Positions 53,925-63,247 of a stretch of DNA of 64,000 bases are shown in pieces (within the stretch, counting starts at the first letter, position 1; the number at the start of each line of letters is the position of its first letter). The DNA is taken from positions 1 to 64,000 of the IMG/VR virus record IMGVR_UViG_2775506858_000003. One strand, written 5' to 3'. Origin of the DNA: a virus. Taxonomy: Duplodnaviria; Heunggongvirae; Uroviricota; Caudoviricetes. Position numbers and translations under genes: made by a program. The notes beneath the pieces are model-generated. The model ran no database searches. It saw nothing but the letters and a program-made list of their open reading frames with translations, and was not told the origin of the DNA.

Positions 53925-56072
53925 ATGACTGTTATTACACTAACTCCTATGGAAAAACTTCAATTAAACGGCCAATTAAAAAATGCCATTGATGCACGCA
54001 ATGCTGCTGAAGACCCAGTTGAACGCCTGTCATTGATTAAAACAGTACAGGAATTACGGGCAAAGCTTGGCTTAAGCAGCTCAATAGTCAATGAGCCAGA
54101 ACCAATTGCAGATACCAATGCAAAAGACGAAGAGCAGAAACAAGAACAGACCATCATTGATGAGGAGACTGAAACTAATGATGACTTATCGGATGTAACT
54201 ACTGCTGATAATTACCGGTGGCGTGATACCGCTTACATTGCTGGTGCACGCAAAGAGCTTGCTCAAAAATCCATATTACAGGCAAAGCGAGATGGTAAAA
54301 AATTGAATGTAAGTGACATCGATTGGGATGAGTTGGTAAGTGACCCACGCCTATCAGAATCATTGATTGTCAAAGAAAACATTTTTGGCCGTGTAGATTG
54401 GCCTGATTTGTCTGAAAAGGGTATGCCGTCTGAAGTTGCATATTTCATAAGCCGTGTGTATGCCAATATTGATAAAGTGCCATTAAATCCATTGCATCAA
54501 ACCAGCCAAAAAAACTATGTTCAGGCAGTTTCAAATATTCGAGAGCGCTTGGAAAGCTGTCGTACGTTTAAAGAAGTTGTAGAAGTGATGAATGATATTA
54601 TTCAAGCAATACCATCCTCCAAACTGATGAAAATGCTGTATGACGATGAATTGGCAACAGGTATTTCTCTACTCGAAAATATTGAAACCAACTATCAGCA
54701 TCTCAGCCAATCTACAAAGGATAAAGCACTATCTTACGAAGGGCAGATTTGGGCTGAACTTGGAGAGAAGTTTTCAAGCTGGCTTAGAAAATCTGTGAAT
54801 GTCACTTTGCGTAAGGCGCAGCGTGAAAGTAAATACAAGGAGTGGGCTAGTTGGTGTTCAGACTTCAAGAATGGAACCGATAGTGAAGGGAATCCCACAC
54901 CTGAAGGTGCCAAGCGTCCTAGAAAGCAGTCCTTTCAATTGGAAGCAGCAACCGATATTGAGCGAATTGGTGGGAAAGAAGTTGATTTACAATCTTCCAA
55001 ACAATTGGAGGAAATGTTCGGCTTTAAAGGCATTCAATCAGGTAATTGGGTTTTAAAAGATAAGTCTGCGGCTGAATTTCACATGAAAAACGCAGCCGCA
55101 GCGATGTTGGATATGTCAGATGTCTTGGGCATTGAGCCAAAATACCTGGGCTTAAAGGGCAACTTGGCATTGGCGTTTGGTGCACGTGGTAAAGCCGGTG
55201 CATTGGCTCATTATGAACCATCAACAAAGGTAATCAATATCACCAAGATGCGCGGCGGTGGCAGCTTGGGACATGAGTATTTTCATGCGATTGATAATTT
55301 GATTAAAGACCTATCTACTCAATCGGTTGGAAGTGCTAAATTCATGGGCACTTCAAATCCTGAAGAATTGCCAGACAAGGATTTATCAAGTGCATTTAAA
55401 GCACTACAAACAGCATTGAAAGTGCAAGAAAACGTTTTAGTTTATGACTTCAATAAGCATTACATTGAAGATGTTGATAATGTGAGTGATATCCGTAAGC
55501 GCACAATAGAAAGTCATGCCAGGTCAATCATGCGAATATCTGGTGTAGATGAAAAAACGGCTTCCATTGAGGAGATGAATCGTGGCTTGGCCAAAGGTGC
55601 GGCCAGTATGGTAGGGATGAATGCCTCATTACGCCCTCGTTATGCAGCGGCTGCTTTATTGTCACGATATTGGGCGCTAGGTGAGCAAAGTGGGGTAAGT
55701 ATTGTAGGTGGTGTGCTCACACATGAAATTGATGGATTCTCTGCTGATTCTGAGTTCGTTCAGGCTGCAATTGCATTGGATGAAGGTAAGGTAGATAAGT
55801 ACTGGTCAAAAGATTATGAGATGGCCGCACGTGCATTTTCCGCTTATCTGCAAGACCGGCTGGAAGAACAAGGCCGCAAGAATGATTATTTGGCTTATTC
55901 AACGAAGGGCGGCAATGGTAGAGCGGGCGAAATTGCATATCCACAAGGCCAAGAACGTTTGCGGATTAATGCGGCATTTGATGCTGTATTTGCGGTGATT
56001 CGTGAGAAAAAAGTGTTTGAAACGGCTAGTGAGAATACTGCTTTGATGGATTCGTTATTTAGTTCTAATTAA
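53925..56072 (+). CDS. large (715 aa) protein with HExxH zinc-metallopeptidase motif (GHEYFHAID)
   Basis: HEYFH motif at about aa 445. Confidence 0.45.
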   Translation: MTVITLTPMEKLQLNGQLKNAIDARNAAEDPVERLSLIKTVQELRAKLGLSSSIVNEPEPIADTNAKDEEQKQEQTIIDEETETNDDLSDVTTADNYRWRDTAYIAGARKELAQKSILQAKRDGKKLNVSDIDWDELVSDPRLSESLIVKENIFGRVDWPDLSEKGMPSEVAYFISRVYANIDKVPLNPLHQTSQKNYVQAVSNIRERLESCRTFKEVVEVMNDIIQAIPSSKLMKMLYDDELATGISLLENIETNYQHLSQSTKDKALSYEGQIWAELGEKFSSWLRKSVNVTLRKAQRESKYKEWASWCSDFKNGTDSEGNPTPEGAKRPRKQSFQLEAATDIERIGGKEVDLQSSKQLEEMFGFKGIQSGNWVLKDKSAAEFHMKNAAAAMLDMSDVLGIEPKYLGLKGNLALAFGARGKAGALAHYEPSTKVINITKMRGGGSLGHEYFHAIDNLIKDLSTQSVGSAKFMGTSNPEELPDKDLSSAFKALQTALKVQENVLVYDFNKHYIEDVDNVSDIRKRTIESHARSIMRISGVDEKTASIEEMNRGLAKGAASMVGMNASLRPRYAAAALLSRYWALGEQSGVSIVGGVLTHEIDGFSADSEFVQAAIALDEGKVDKYWSKDYEMAARAFSAYLQDRLEEQGRKNDYLAYSTKGGNGRAGEIAYPQGQERLRINAAFDAVFAVIREKKVFETASENTALMDSLFSSN

Positions 56073-56078
56073 AATATA

Positions 56079-56106
56079 TTTGCCGCAAATTTTGCGGCAA
56101 ATATTT
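56079..56106. terminator. bidirectional terminator (TTTGCCGCAAA-TTT-TGCGGCAAA) flanked by A/T runs
   Basis: Perfect 10-bp inverted repeat read directly. Confidence 0.75.
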
Positions 56107-56145
56107 ATAAAGAAAAACTTTCAATATGGAAAATATAGAAAAAAA

Positions 56146-57594
56146 TCAAATAGTTGCAATATTATTGAAGTCGGTCAAACGTGATAGGCTGATTGACTCA
56201 TACTGCCATTTAGGTACTGTTCTAGTACCTTTTTTTGCATCTTCAATTAAAGCCTTTAGATTTATATCTGGATTATTACCTAGAATACACTTCATGCTTT
56301 CGTAATATGATTTAGATTTTGATTTAGCAAAAATTTCAAATGGATAAAATGAGCGTGTATACATTAAAGTAGTTGGCCACCATTGTATAAAATATGTATC
56401 CGTAGAGTTAATTTCTGCTCTCAAATAAAGAATAAAATCGGCTTGCATCAAATCAATAAATTCAAGGTTTATTCCATTTGCTCTTTCCTTTAAAGTTGTT
56501 GCATGTAAATTAGCATATCCAAGGCTTAATCTTTGATTTCTAAATCCGAAAGACTCGCAATGCTGCTTAAATATTAAAAAAGAAGATAATGGTTCTCGAC
56601 TATCATGATGAAGAAAGTAGAAATTTTTATTCAAAAAATAATTTAATTCTTCAAATTTTTCATTTTTAATCATTAATGCAACAAAATACAAAAATAATTC
56701 ATTGATGATAAATTTGAAATTATCAAAGTCCCACCCTGCATAGGATGTAATATTTTCAGGCCTAAACAAATATCGAATGTTATTCTCAAAAAACTTATGA
56801 ATAATATTTATATATTTGTTACTTGATGAATACTGGATAAGTGCTGAAACTAATTGAATGAACTCATTTCTTGCAGGAAGAAAATCACTTATATTATTGA
56901 AAATTAAATCGTCTAATTCGATTTCTTTTTCACTAGCAAGAATATCACTTATTCTAAATTTTTCGAGATTAGTATTATAAAGATTTAAATAATCCGCTAA
57001 TAATCCATTAGTATTTGATTTATCATTCCGTATTGCATCTAAGCATCTTTTATAATGAGAAGTTGTATTTAAGGAGATGTGATTACCTTCATTTAAATAG
57101 GCAGGTAACATGCCTATTTCTGGTTTTTGATGTAATGGTTTATTGAAAATCCATCTAAGCAACTTTTCATACTCACCAAGATACTTTTCATCATTACTGC
57201 TTAAGTTTATATATATTTTCCCAGCATAATAGGTTGGTATAAATGCATTTCCGTTATCATCATATTCTCTAATTACAGCTACAAATTTTTCTTGAACTAC
57301 CTTGTTGTACAATTCTGAAGAAACTATTTGAGCTTCAATTCCAACACCACCAGCTCTTGCATTAGCCTTGGAAGCATAAGTTTTATCGCATATCAATAAT
57401 ACTTTTGTAATTTCTGGGTCATTTACCATTCTCTCCATAAAAGCAATAGAGTCATGACCTTCTTTTAAGTCCCATTTATCTAACATGGCATCAACGCCGT
57501 CTTGGCGAAGGCTTGTAGCTAACTCAAGAACCCAATCTTCATGTTCAGGGCTTGACCAACTGTAAGAAATAAATAATTTTGGTGGATTAGACAT
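56146..57594 (-). CDS. TIR-domain protein (N-terminal about 150 aa) with large uncharacterised C-terminal domain
   Basis: KLFISYSWSSPEHEDW... bacterial TIR signature; candidate catalytic Glu in GVGIEAQIV; about 35% GC. Confidence 0.55.
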   Translation of the reverse strand: MSNPPKLFISYSWSSPEHEDWVLELATSLRQDGVDAMLDKWDLKEGHDSIAFMERMVNDPEITKVLLICDKTYASKANARAGGVGIEAQIVSSELYNKVVQEKFVAVIREYDDNGNAFIPTYYAGKIYINLSSNDEKYLGEYEKLLRWIFNKPLHQKPEIGMLPAYLNEGNHISLNTTSHYKRCLDAIRNDKSNTNGLLADYLNLYNTNLEKFRISDILASEKEIELDDLIFNNISDFLPARNEFIQLVSALIQYSSSNKYINIIHKFFENNIRYLFRPENITSYAGWDFDNFKFIINELFLYFVALMIKNEKFEELNYFLNKNFYFLHHDSREPLSSFLIFKQHCESFGFRNQRLSLGYANLHATTLKERANGINLEFIDLMQADFILYLRAEINSTDTYFIQWWPTTLMYTRSFYPFEIFAKSKSKSYYESMKCILGNNPDINLKALIEDAKKGTRTVPKWQYESISLSRLTDFNNIATI

Positions 57595-57648
57595 ATTGAT
57601 TTACTTGAAAAATTACGGTTGTAGGAAATAGTTTTTAAAAAGTTAAAA

Positions 57649-58293
57649 TTAAGAAAGTTGCGGTTCATTTGAAACAGTTTGACTCGGTTTTTTGCTGTTA
57701 TTTTGAGCCAAATTCTGAAAATACAAACCGGTACTTTCATGTACTTTTTTAATAATAAAGTTGGAATATTTTTCAGTATTATCAAAACCAGCAGTATTCA
57801 CTCTCAAGCAAGTTATATCAGCATTTCGTAATATTAACTCTTTGTTGAAATCACTTTGTTTAGAATGACCACCGCCATCCACTTCAATGACAACAACAGG
57901 CTTTCTATCGTAATTGATTAATACAAAATCAACATAAAAACCTCCATGGAGGTCTTTAGGTTTTTCAGAGGCAGTTTGTTTAATAAAAGCTCGTAGTGGT
58001 ACTTGTGGGCAAACAATCAATTTTAATTTATGTTTTGAAATTATATGATTAAGCGTTAAATAGCAGTAAAACTCGCCCTTATTTATCAGTTCTGTTTGTT
58101 CATAAGTTGATTTAGAGATTGCCATTCCACGAGCAGTTGGATTCTCAAATAGCTGCTTTTCTTCAGAGGCCTTTCTCATTGCTTCAAATTTAGGGTTTGG
58201 TGTTTTCTTTTTGGTACCCTTATCATTAAGAAATATTACATACCCGACAATTGCGGCTATACAAACTATAGCGATACCTAAAATAATTTCCAC
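57649..58293 (-). CDS. membrane-anchored protein with DUF2726/Vsr-like PD-(D/E)xK nuclease-fold domain
   Basis: N-terminal TM helix; GGFYVDFVLINYDRKPVVVIEVDGGGHSKQSDFNKELILRNADITCLRV fits the DUF2726/DUF559 pattern. Confidence 0.5.
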   Translation of the reverse strand: MEIILGIAIVCIAAIVGYVIFLNDKGTKKKTPNPKFEAMRKASEEKQLFENPTARGMAISKSTYEQTELINKGEFYCYLTLNHIISKHKLKLIVCPQVPLRAFIKQTASEKPKDLHGGFYVDFVLINYDRKPVVVIEVDGGGHSKQSDFNKELILRNADITCLRVNTAGFDNTEKYSNFIIKKVHESTGLYFQNLAQNNSKKPSQTVSNEPQLS

Positions 58294-58475
58294 TTGAGTA
58301 TTCCCTTGTAATTATTAATATTGGTAGTTTTCAATAATTATACTGCATATTAGAGCATGTGCTATTGTTTTGAATGATAGAATAAATTGCTGCCAGAAAA
58401 GCGGTGATAACCTCGATACCGCAGCCTTCATTGAATGAGCGTGTGCAAGTGATTTCGAGCCTTGCCTGGTAGCAA

Positions 58476-58507
58476 TAAAAAAGGCCTCTAATGAGGCCTT
58501 TTTTTAA
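58476..58507. terminator. bidirectional terminator (AGGCCTC-TAAT-GAGGCCT) flanked by A7/T7
   Basis: Direct reading. Confidence 0.75.
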
Positions 58508-59139
58508 ATTGTTATGATGCTTCCATACAAATCAGCCATTTCATCTGCCAAATCTAAAGCGTATTCATTCGTTTGGTATTTCATAAAATAAAGGCAAGTT
58601 GCGAGAATGGCCATGTTGCCATTTGTGAGACCATCAACATCATATCGGAATTTGCCATTGTCGTTAATGCCGGCAATTTGAATGGTATCGCCGACCTGAT
58701 ACTTAAGTAATTCATCAGGAATATCAATGCAACCGGAGGCTTTGAGTTCGTTATAGGCCTGTAATGCTTCTGAAAACTGGTCAGGTGAAAACAAAACATT
58801 GAAATCGCGTCGGACAGGCGAATCTGAAATAACAGTGTATTTTTCTTTCCCTTCAAAATTGGTGGCGTCTTCTTCCATCAAATACAGGCACATATTGCCA
58901 TCATCATCTATTTCAATGCCTGATTTTATTGAAAGAGGTGTGCCTTGATATCGAGTAAATGTCGCACAAATCAGACCTGATTCATTATCGTTTTCTAAAT
59001 CCATATTTAATCCTATAGGAACATTGAAAATATTAGGGGTTTGACCGTCTATTATCAGTGCATCAAATACCGAATTATTTGGAGTTCCTATGCCTATTGA
59101 TGCCATCGCACTTGGTGTTGCATTCCGTGAGATAAGCAA
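58504..59139 (-). CDS. acidic hypothetical protein (start probably 59106), first gene of the minus-strand cassette
   Basis: ORF. Confidence 0.4.
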   Translation of the reverse strand: MLISRNATPSAMASIGIGTPNNSVFDALIIDGQTPNIFNVPIGLNMDLENDNESGLICATFTRYQGTPLSIKSGIEIDDDGNMCLYLMEEDATNFEGKEKYTVISDSPVRRDFNVLFSPDQFSEALQAYNELKASGCIDIPDELLKYQVGDTIQIAGINDNGKFRYDVDGLTNGNMAILATCLYFMKYQTNEYALDLADEMADLYGSIITI

Positions 59140-59401
59140 TGCCAGCAGAGATAAGAAGTCTTATGAAGTTCATTCAACGCATTATGTTCAGCCGCGTGAA
59201 ACCTTAGACCCAAGCCTTACCAATCAGCACGTGTACAAAAATCGTGCTGACTGGTTTGTTTCAGCTGCAATCAATGGTTTTGTAGATGTTGATGTGCCAG
59301 TTCAAACTGGTGGCCGGCGTTACATTCCTCTTGCTGAAGCCATCGCTTTGACAAGTCGAGCATTGGGTAAGAAGAAGAAAAATGGAATGAGGTTGTACTG
59401 A
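59090..59401 (+). CDS. possible small protein upstream of the SWIM gene (TGATATG overlap)
   Basis: ORF only. Confidence 0.25.
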   Translation: MPIDAIALGVAFREISNASRDKKSYEVHSTHYVQPRETLDPSLTNQHVYKNRADWFVSAAINGFVDVDVPVQTGGRRYIPLAEAIALTSRALGKKKKNGMRLY

Positions 59402-59402
59402 T

Positions 59403-60470
59403 ATGAAAAAGCAATCAATTACCCAAGATTTAAATCGTGTACATGCGCGTGAAGTCACTGCAGATAAGACACGTGAAAATGCATTAAACATTTTGAACTT
59501 GGGTAACGTGGCTAACATGCCCAAAACCCAAGCAGAAACGGTTCTAAATCGTATTAATCGCAATAGTGGTGCATTTGTTGAAAATATTGAGCTGGAAGAT
59601 TTATCCAAGTTCAGTAAGTCGATGAATGAGCTACAAGATGAATTCAATCGAACAAAGGTAAGAGGCGGCATTCATCCTAAAACGGTTATTAACATGAGCC
59701 GTAGAGAGGATATACAACGGTACCAACGTGAAATTAATGCTGCGTTACCGGCGAAAAAAGATAAGAATGGAGTTGTAATATTTCGTGTTAATGCCAGTGC
59801 TCAGTCAAATGTATCGCATCATATGGTTCAAGTTGAATTTTTGAATTTTCAGGCCGCCTTGTCAGGGGGGAAAATAACAAATAATTTGGCGGATGCTGTT
59901 TTACAAGGTGCAGTACGCTTTGATTGTGATTGTGGTCGTCATCGATTTTGGTACCGGTATATTGCCTCAGTTGGAAGTTTTGCATATGGGAAAGCAGAAA
60001 CAGGCTTTCCTAAAATAAGAAACCCAAATTTAAAAGGACTGGCCTGTAAACACGTTATTTTTGTAATGCGTATGCTGACACAATCGCAGTCAATGACTGG
60101 GTTTATGAAAAATTACCTATCTGAATTTCGTGAAAACCCGTTACAACGCAAGAAAACCTTATCAAATAAACAGGCTGATAAAATCGCGGCTGCAATAGCA
60201 AAAGAATCTTGGCGTAACATTAAAATTAGACGAACAAATAACAACGCATTGCCGAAAAACATCCGAGATGTGTTCTCAGCAAGCAGTAACAGCAGCATTC
60301 GTGGAACAGGTATAACGCCATCGCAATTGGCCAAAGCGAAAGCAAAAGACATTGCCCCACAAACAGCTGTTCGTGAGATTCAGCAAAAGCTGCAAAATCC
60401 TGATGTGCTTAATCAATTATCGCCGCAACAATTGGCGCAAATTCAACAAATATTAGGGGGTGATAAGTAA
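59403..60470 (+). CDS. SWIM zinc-finger-containing protein
   Basis: CDCGRHRFWYRYIAS...CKHVIFV = CxCxnCxH SWIM motif. Confidence 0.5.
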   Translation: MKKQSITQDLNRVHAREVTADKTRENALNILNLGNVANMPKTQAETVLNRINRNSGAFVENIELEDLSKFSKSMNELQDEFNRTKVRGGIHPKTVINMSRREDIQRYQREINAALPAKKDKNGVVIFRVNASAQSNVSHHMVQVEFLNFQAALSGGKITNNLADAVLQGAVRFDCDCGRHRFWYRYIASVGSFAYGKAETGFPKIRNPNLKGLACKHVIFVMRMLTQSQSMTGFMKNYLSEFRENPLQRKKTLSNKQADKIAAAIAKESWRNIKIRRTNNNALPKNIRDVFSASSNSSIRGTGITPSQLAKAKAKDIAPQTAVREIQQKLQNPDVLNQLSPQQLAQIQQILGGDK

Positions 60471-60970
60471 TGTCGTCACTATACGAAAATGGTAATCCAG
60501 TCACCGCTGCGGTCAATCGTGCTGTGAGAATGGTCACTTTAAATCATCCCTGGTCAATTGATGCGGTGGTGTATCGAAAAGAACGTGTTGTGCCAGCCGG
60601 TGAAGATAATAAATTGATTGGTGGAGCAGCAATATTGGGCGGTATCAGCGATGAAGCCGACTATGAAATCACCGTACAAGGAGCTTGTAAAGTCAAATTT
60701 ACAGGGCAATCAGAAGCCGCAAAACTTGCAGGAGACGGACTTTCATACACAATGCAGCCCGAAATTACAGCGATGATAGAACCAATCATTGAAAATGAGT
60801 TTGTAATTGAAAAATATGACCGCGTTTATTTGATTCTTCCGAATCTGTACATTGCCTATGAAGTAAGTGATATTAAATCGCCTGAAAATCTTCCAAATGG
60901 CCGCAGTTATTTGTATTACTTACAGCCTTTGGAGCAAGAAGCACAAACTGATTTAGATAATCTCATTTAA
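60470..60970 (+). CDS. hypothetical protein
   Basis: ORF, ATGT overlap with upstream. Confidence 0.4.
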   Translation: MSSLYENGNPVTAAVNRAVRMVTLNHPWSIDAVVYRKERVVPAGEDNKLIGGAAILGGISDEADYEITVQGACKVKFTGQSEAAKLAGDGLSYTMQPEITAMIEPIIENEFVIEKYDRVYLILPNLYIAYEVSDIKSPENLPNGRSYLYYLQPLEQEAQTDLDNLI

Positions 60971-61061
60971 CACGAGGGAACACCGCGAATTGCCCGTAGT
61001 AAGGCCACCGAAAATGTGAGCCACGCTACGGGATTTTTTCGTTTACCTTTGGAGATTATTT

Positions 61062-62798
61062 ATGCCTCAAGCAATTATTCCCACCACCAATGCGGCCGAT
61101 TTGCGCCCAGAGGTGCAATCACAAACTGCTCAATACTTCGCCCATGCAATGCAACAAGCTGGTGTACAAGAACAATCTGGCCGTGCTGCATTCGACAGTG
61201 TAAAGGCAAGCGAAGCATTACATGCGGAAAGTGCACCAGATGTTGTCGCATCATTGATTCAATCATTGCCAGAGCAAGTGACAGGCATTGGTGGTCGTTC
61301 TAAAGACACTGCAAGTATTGTAATGGATGCAGTTGCATCTTCAAGCATTGCATATAAAAAGGAACATGGCCGCCATGCTCCTGATTGGGTATTTGATACT
61401 GCAATTCGTCAAGCATTGACAATTGCGAACCCTGAATATGCCCGTCAAATTGGCCTTGGTGAATATGCTGGCAAAGCATCAGTATTTGATGATGTAGGCT
61501 CAGTTTCAGGTGGAGCGATGAAAATTGGCCAAGTATTGGTCGCTATCACCCAATCTTTCGCTGAAAACATTCCATTTGCCGGTAATATTGCATTAGGTAA
61601 TGGCTTAGAAGGCCGAATTTTCAATGTCGGTCATATTGCTGGTAACGATGTTGGTGCCTACAAACAGGGCGATAAACTGGATGGATTGTCAGGCGGCAAA
61701 TCGTTCATGCAATCTAAGCGTTTGGTTGATGGCGCATTAGACGCTGGCAAATATTCTGGTGTTGTAAAACATCAAGTAGGCGATGCAGACGGTTGTCCAA
61801 TTCGCCCAGATTCAATTGCAGTGCATGTGAATGGTTTATTGGTTGTATCTTCCGCCGTTTCTACCAGCCGAAACACCACCGCTGTATCAGCTTCAAGTGA
61901 TTTTAAACTGCCTTCAAGTGCCACTCCATATTCAGTCACATTACGCTGCCCAGATGTGACAAAAGGTGCAATGGAAGCCACATTTACTCCTGATTTACCA
62001 GCCGGTGCAGTTGTAGCATTTGCTGCTGATGTGGATTACGAACACAGTTCTATGATGAACGCAAACAAGCGTCCAATTGTTTCTGTAATTGCTGATTCTA
62101 AATCATTGCGAGCTCATTACATTTCAGGTCGTTATAAACGTACCCAAGAAGCAAAACATCAGTGGAGTGCAGATGTTGGCTTGGATTCTTCTTCTTTGGC
62201 TTCTTTGGCCTTGCGAAATCAATCTGGCGCTGAACGTCACAATATGGCTACCAAATTGATGTATCAAGTTGGTCGTGCTTTTCAAACCACGTTTAGCTTG
62301 AATTGGCCAACTCGCTTAGATGAGCGTTCGATGGCGAGTATTCTGGGTGATTTGACTTATGCATTAAGCGAAGCTGATACAGCAATGATTGCTCGTACTC
62401 AGGTTTCAAGCATAGGTGTTATCTATGTTGGTCAAGGTGCGGTACCGTACTTCGATTCAATGCCGCCTGAAGTATTCACACCAAGCAATATTCAACGACG
62501 AGCCGGTGTTTACCGTCTTGGTACTTTCTTGGGTCGATACGAAGTTTACTATTCACCAATTGAAGAATTGAATGTACCAAACACCGATGGCTTCCAAATG
62601 CTGTGTATTGGCCGCTCAAATCAAGTTGGTGCAAATCCGTTTATCGTTGGTGATGCATTAGGCGCTCAATTGCTGCCACAAAATATTAATGATGATGGTG
62701 AACAAGGCTCATTCTACTTCCAAGCATTGGGTGACACTGTAAACCCATGGACAGAGTTTGCGTGCGCCGCCGCAATCATCAATGTAACCAAACAATAA
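61062..62798 (+). CDS. large structural-like protein (578 aa), possibly capsid-related
   Basis: Strong RBS, high expression-like codon usage; no motif. Confidence 0.35.
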   Translation: MPQAIIPTTNAADLRPEVQSQTAQYFAHAMQQAGVQEQSGRAAFDSVKASEALHAESAPDVVASLIQSLPEQVTGIGGRSKDTASIVMDAVASSSIAYKKEHGRHAPDWVFDTAIRQALTIANPEYARQIGLGEYAGKASVFDDVGSVSGGAMKIGQVLVAITQSFAENIPFAGNIALGNGLEGRIFNVGHIAGNDVGAYKQGDKLDGLSGGKSFMQSKRLVDGALDAGKYSGVVKHQVGDADGCPIRPDSIAVHVNGLLVVSSAVSTSRNTTAVSASSDFKLPSSATPYSVTLRCPDVTKGAMEATFTPDLPAGAVVAFAADVDYEHSSMMNANKRPIVSVIADSKSLRAHYISGRYKRTQEAKHQWSADVGLDSSSLASLALRNQSGAERHNMATKLMYQVGRAFQTTFSLNWPTRLDERSMASILGDLTYALSEADTAMIARTQVSSIGVIYVGQGAVPYFDSMPPEVFTPSNIQRRAGVYRLGTFLGRYEVYYSPIEELNVPNTDGFQMLCIGRSNQVGANPFIVGDALGAQLLPQNINDDGEQGSFYFQALGDTVNPWTEFACAAAIINVTKQ

Positions 62799-62809
62799 CC
62801 TGAAAGGGG

Positions 62810-63247
62810 ATGAACATGGTAAGACCTAAAAAAGACACCACAACATCCCCTGCTGCAGAAGTTGCACAGGGGACAGTAGTGGGACAAAACGAAGTTGTTG
62901 AGGCTGTTACGCCTTTATCTAGTTCGGAAAGTGAATCAGTTGTTGATAGCTCTACAGGAGCAACAGAACAGACACAAGATGAAGAATCACCAATTCAACC
63001 AGAAGAACCTCGTATTTTGAGTTTCCCACGAAAAATGGTTGTTTCAAATTTATCACCAACTGCTTTTACCATTCCGCAGTTTTCCATTTTGGTACCAGCC
63101 GGTGAGCAAGGGCTTGAAGTGGTGGTTAAAAATGCAGACCAACTGAATTTAGCGAAATTGAATATTGGGACATTCAACTCCCTGAATCGTTGGGATGGTG
63201 TCCATGTTGGATTAATTTTGGAAGAAATGCAGGAGGACGTTGAATGA
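62810..63247 (+). CDS. hypothetical protein with acidic Ser-rich N-terminus
   Basis: ORF. Confidence 0.35.
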   Translation: MNMVRPKKDTTTSPAAEVAQGTVVGQNEVVEAVTPLSSSESESVVDSSTGATEQTQDEESPIQPEEPRILSFPRKMVVSNLSPTAFTIPQFSILVPAGEQGLEVVVKNADQLNLAKLNIGTFNSLNRWDGVHVGLILEEMQEDVE

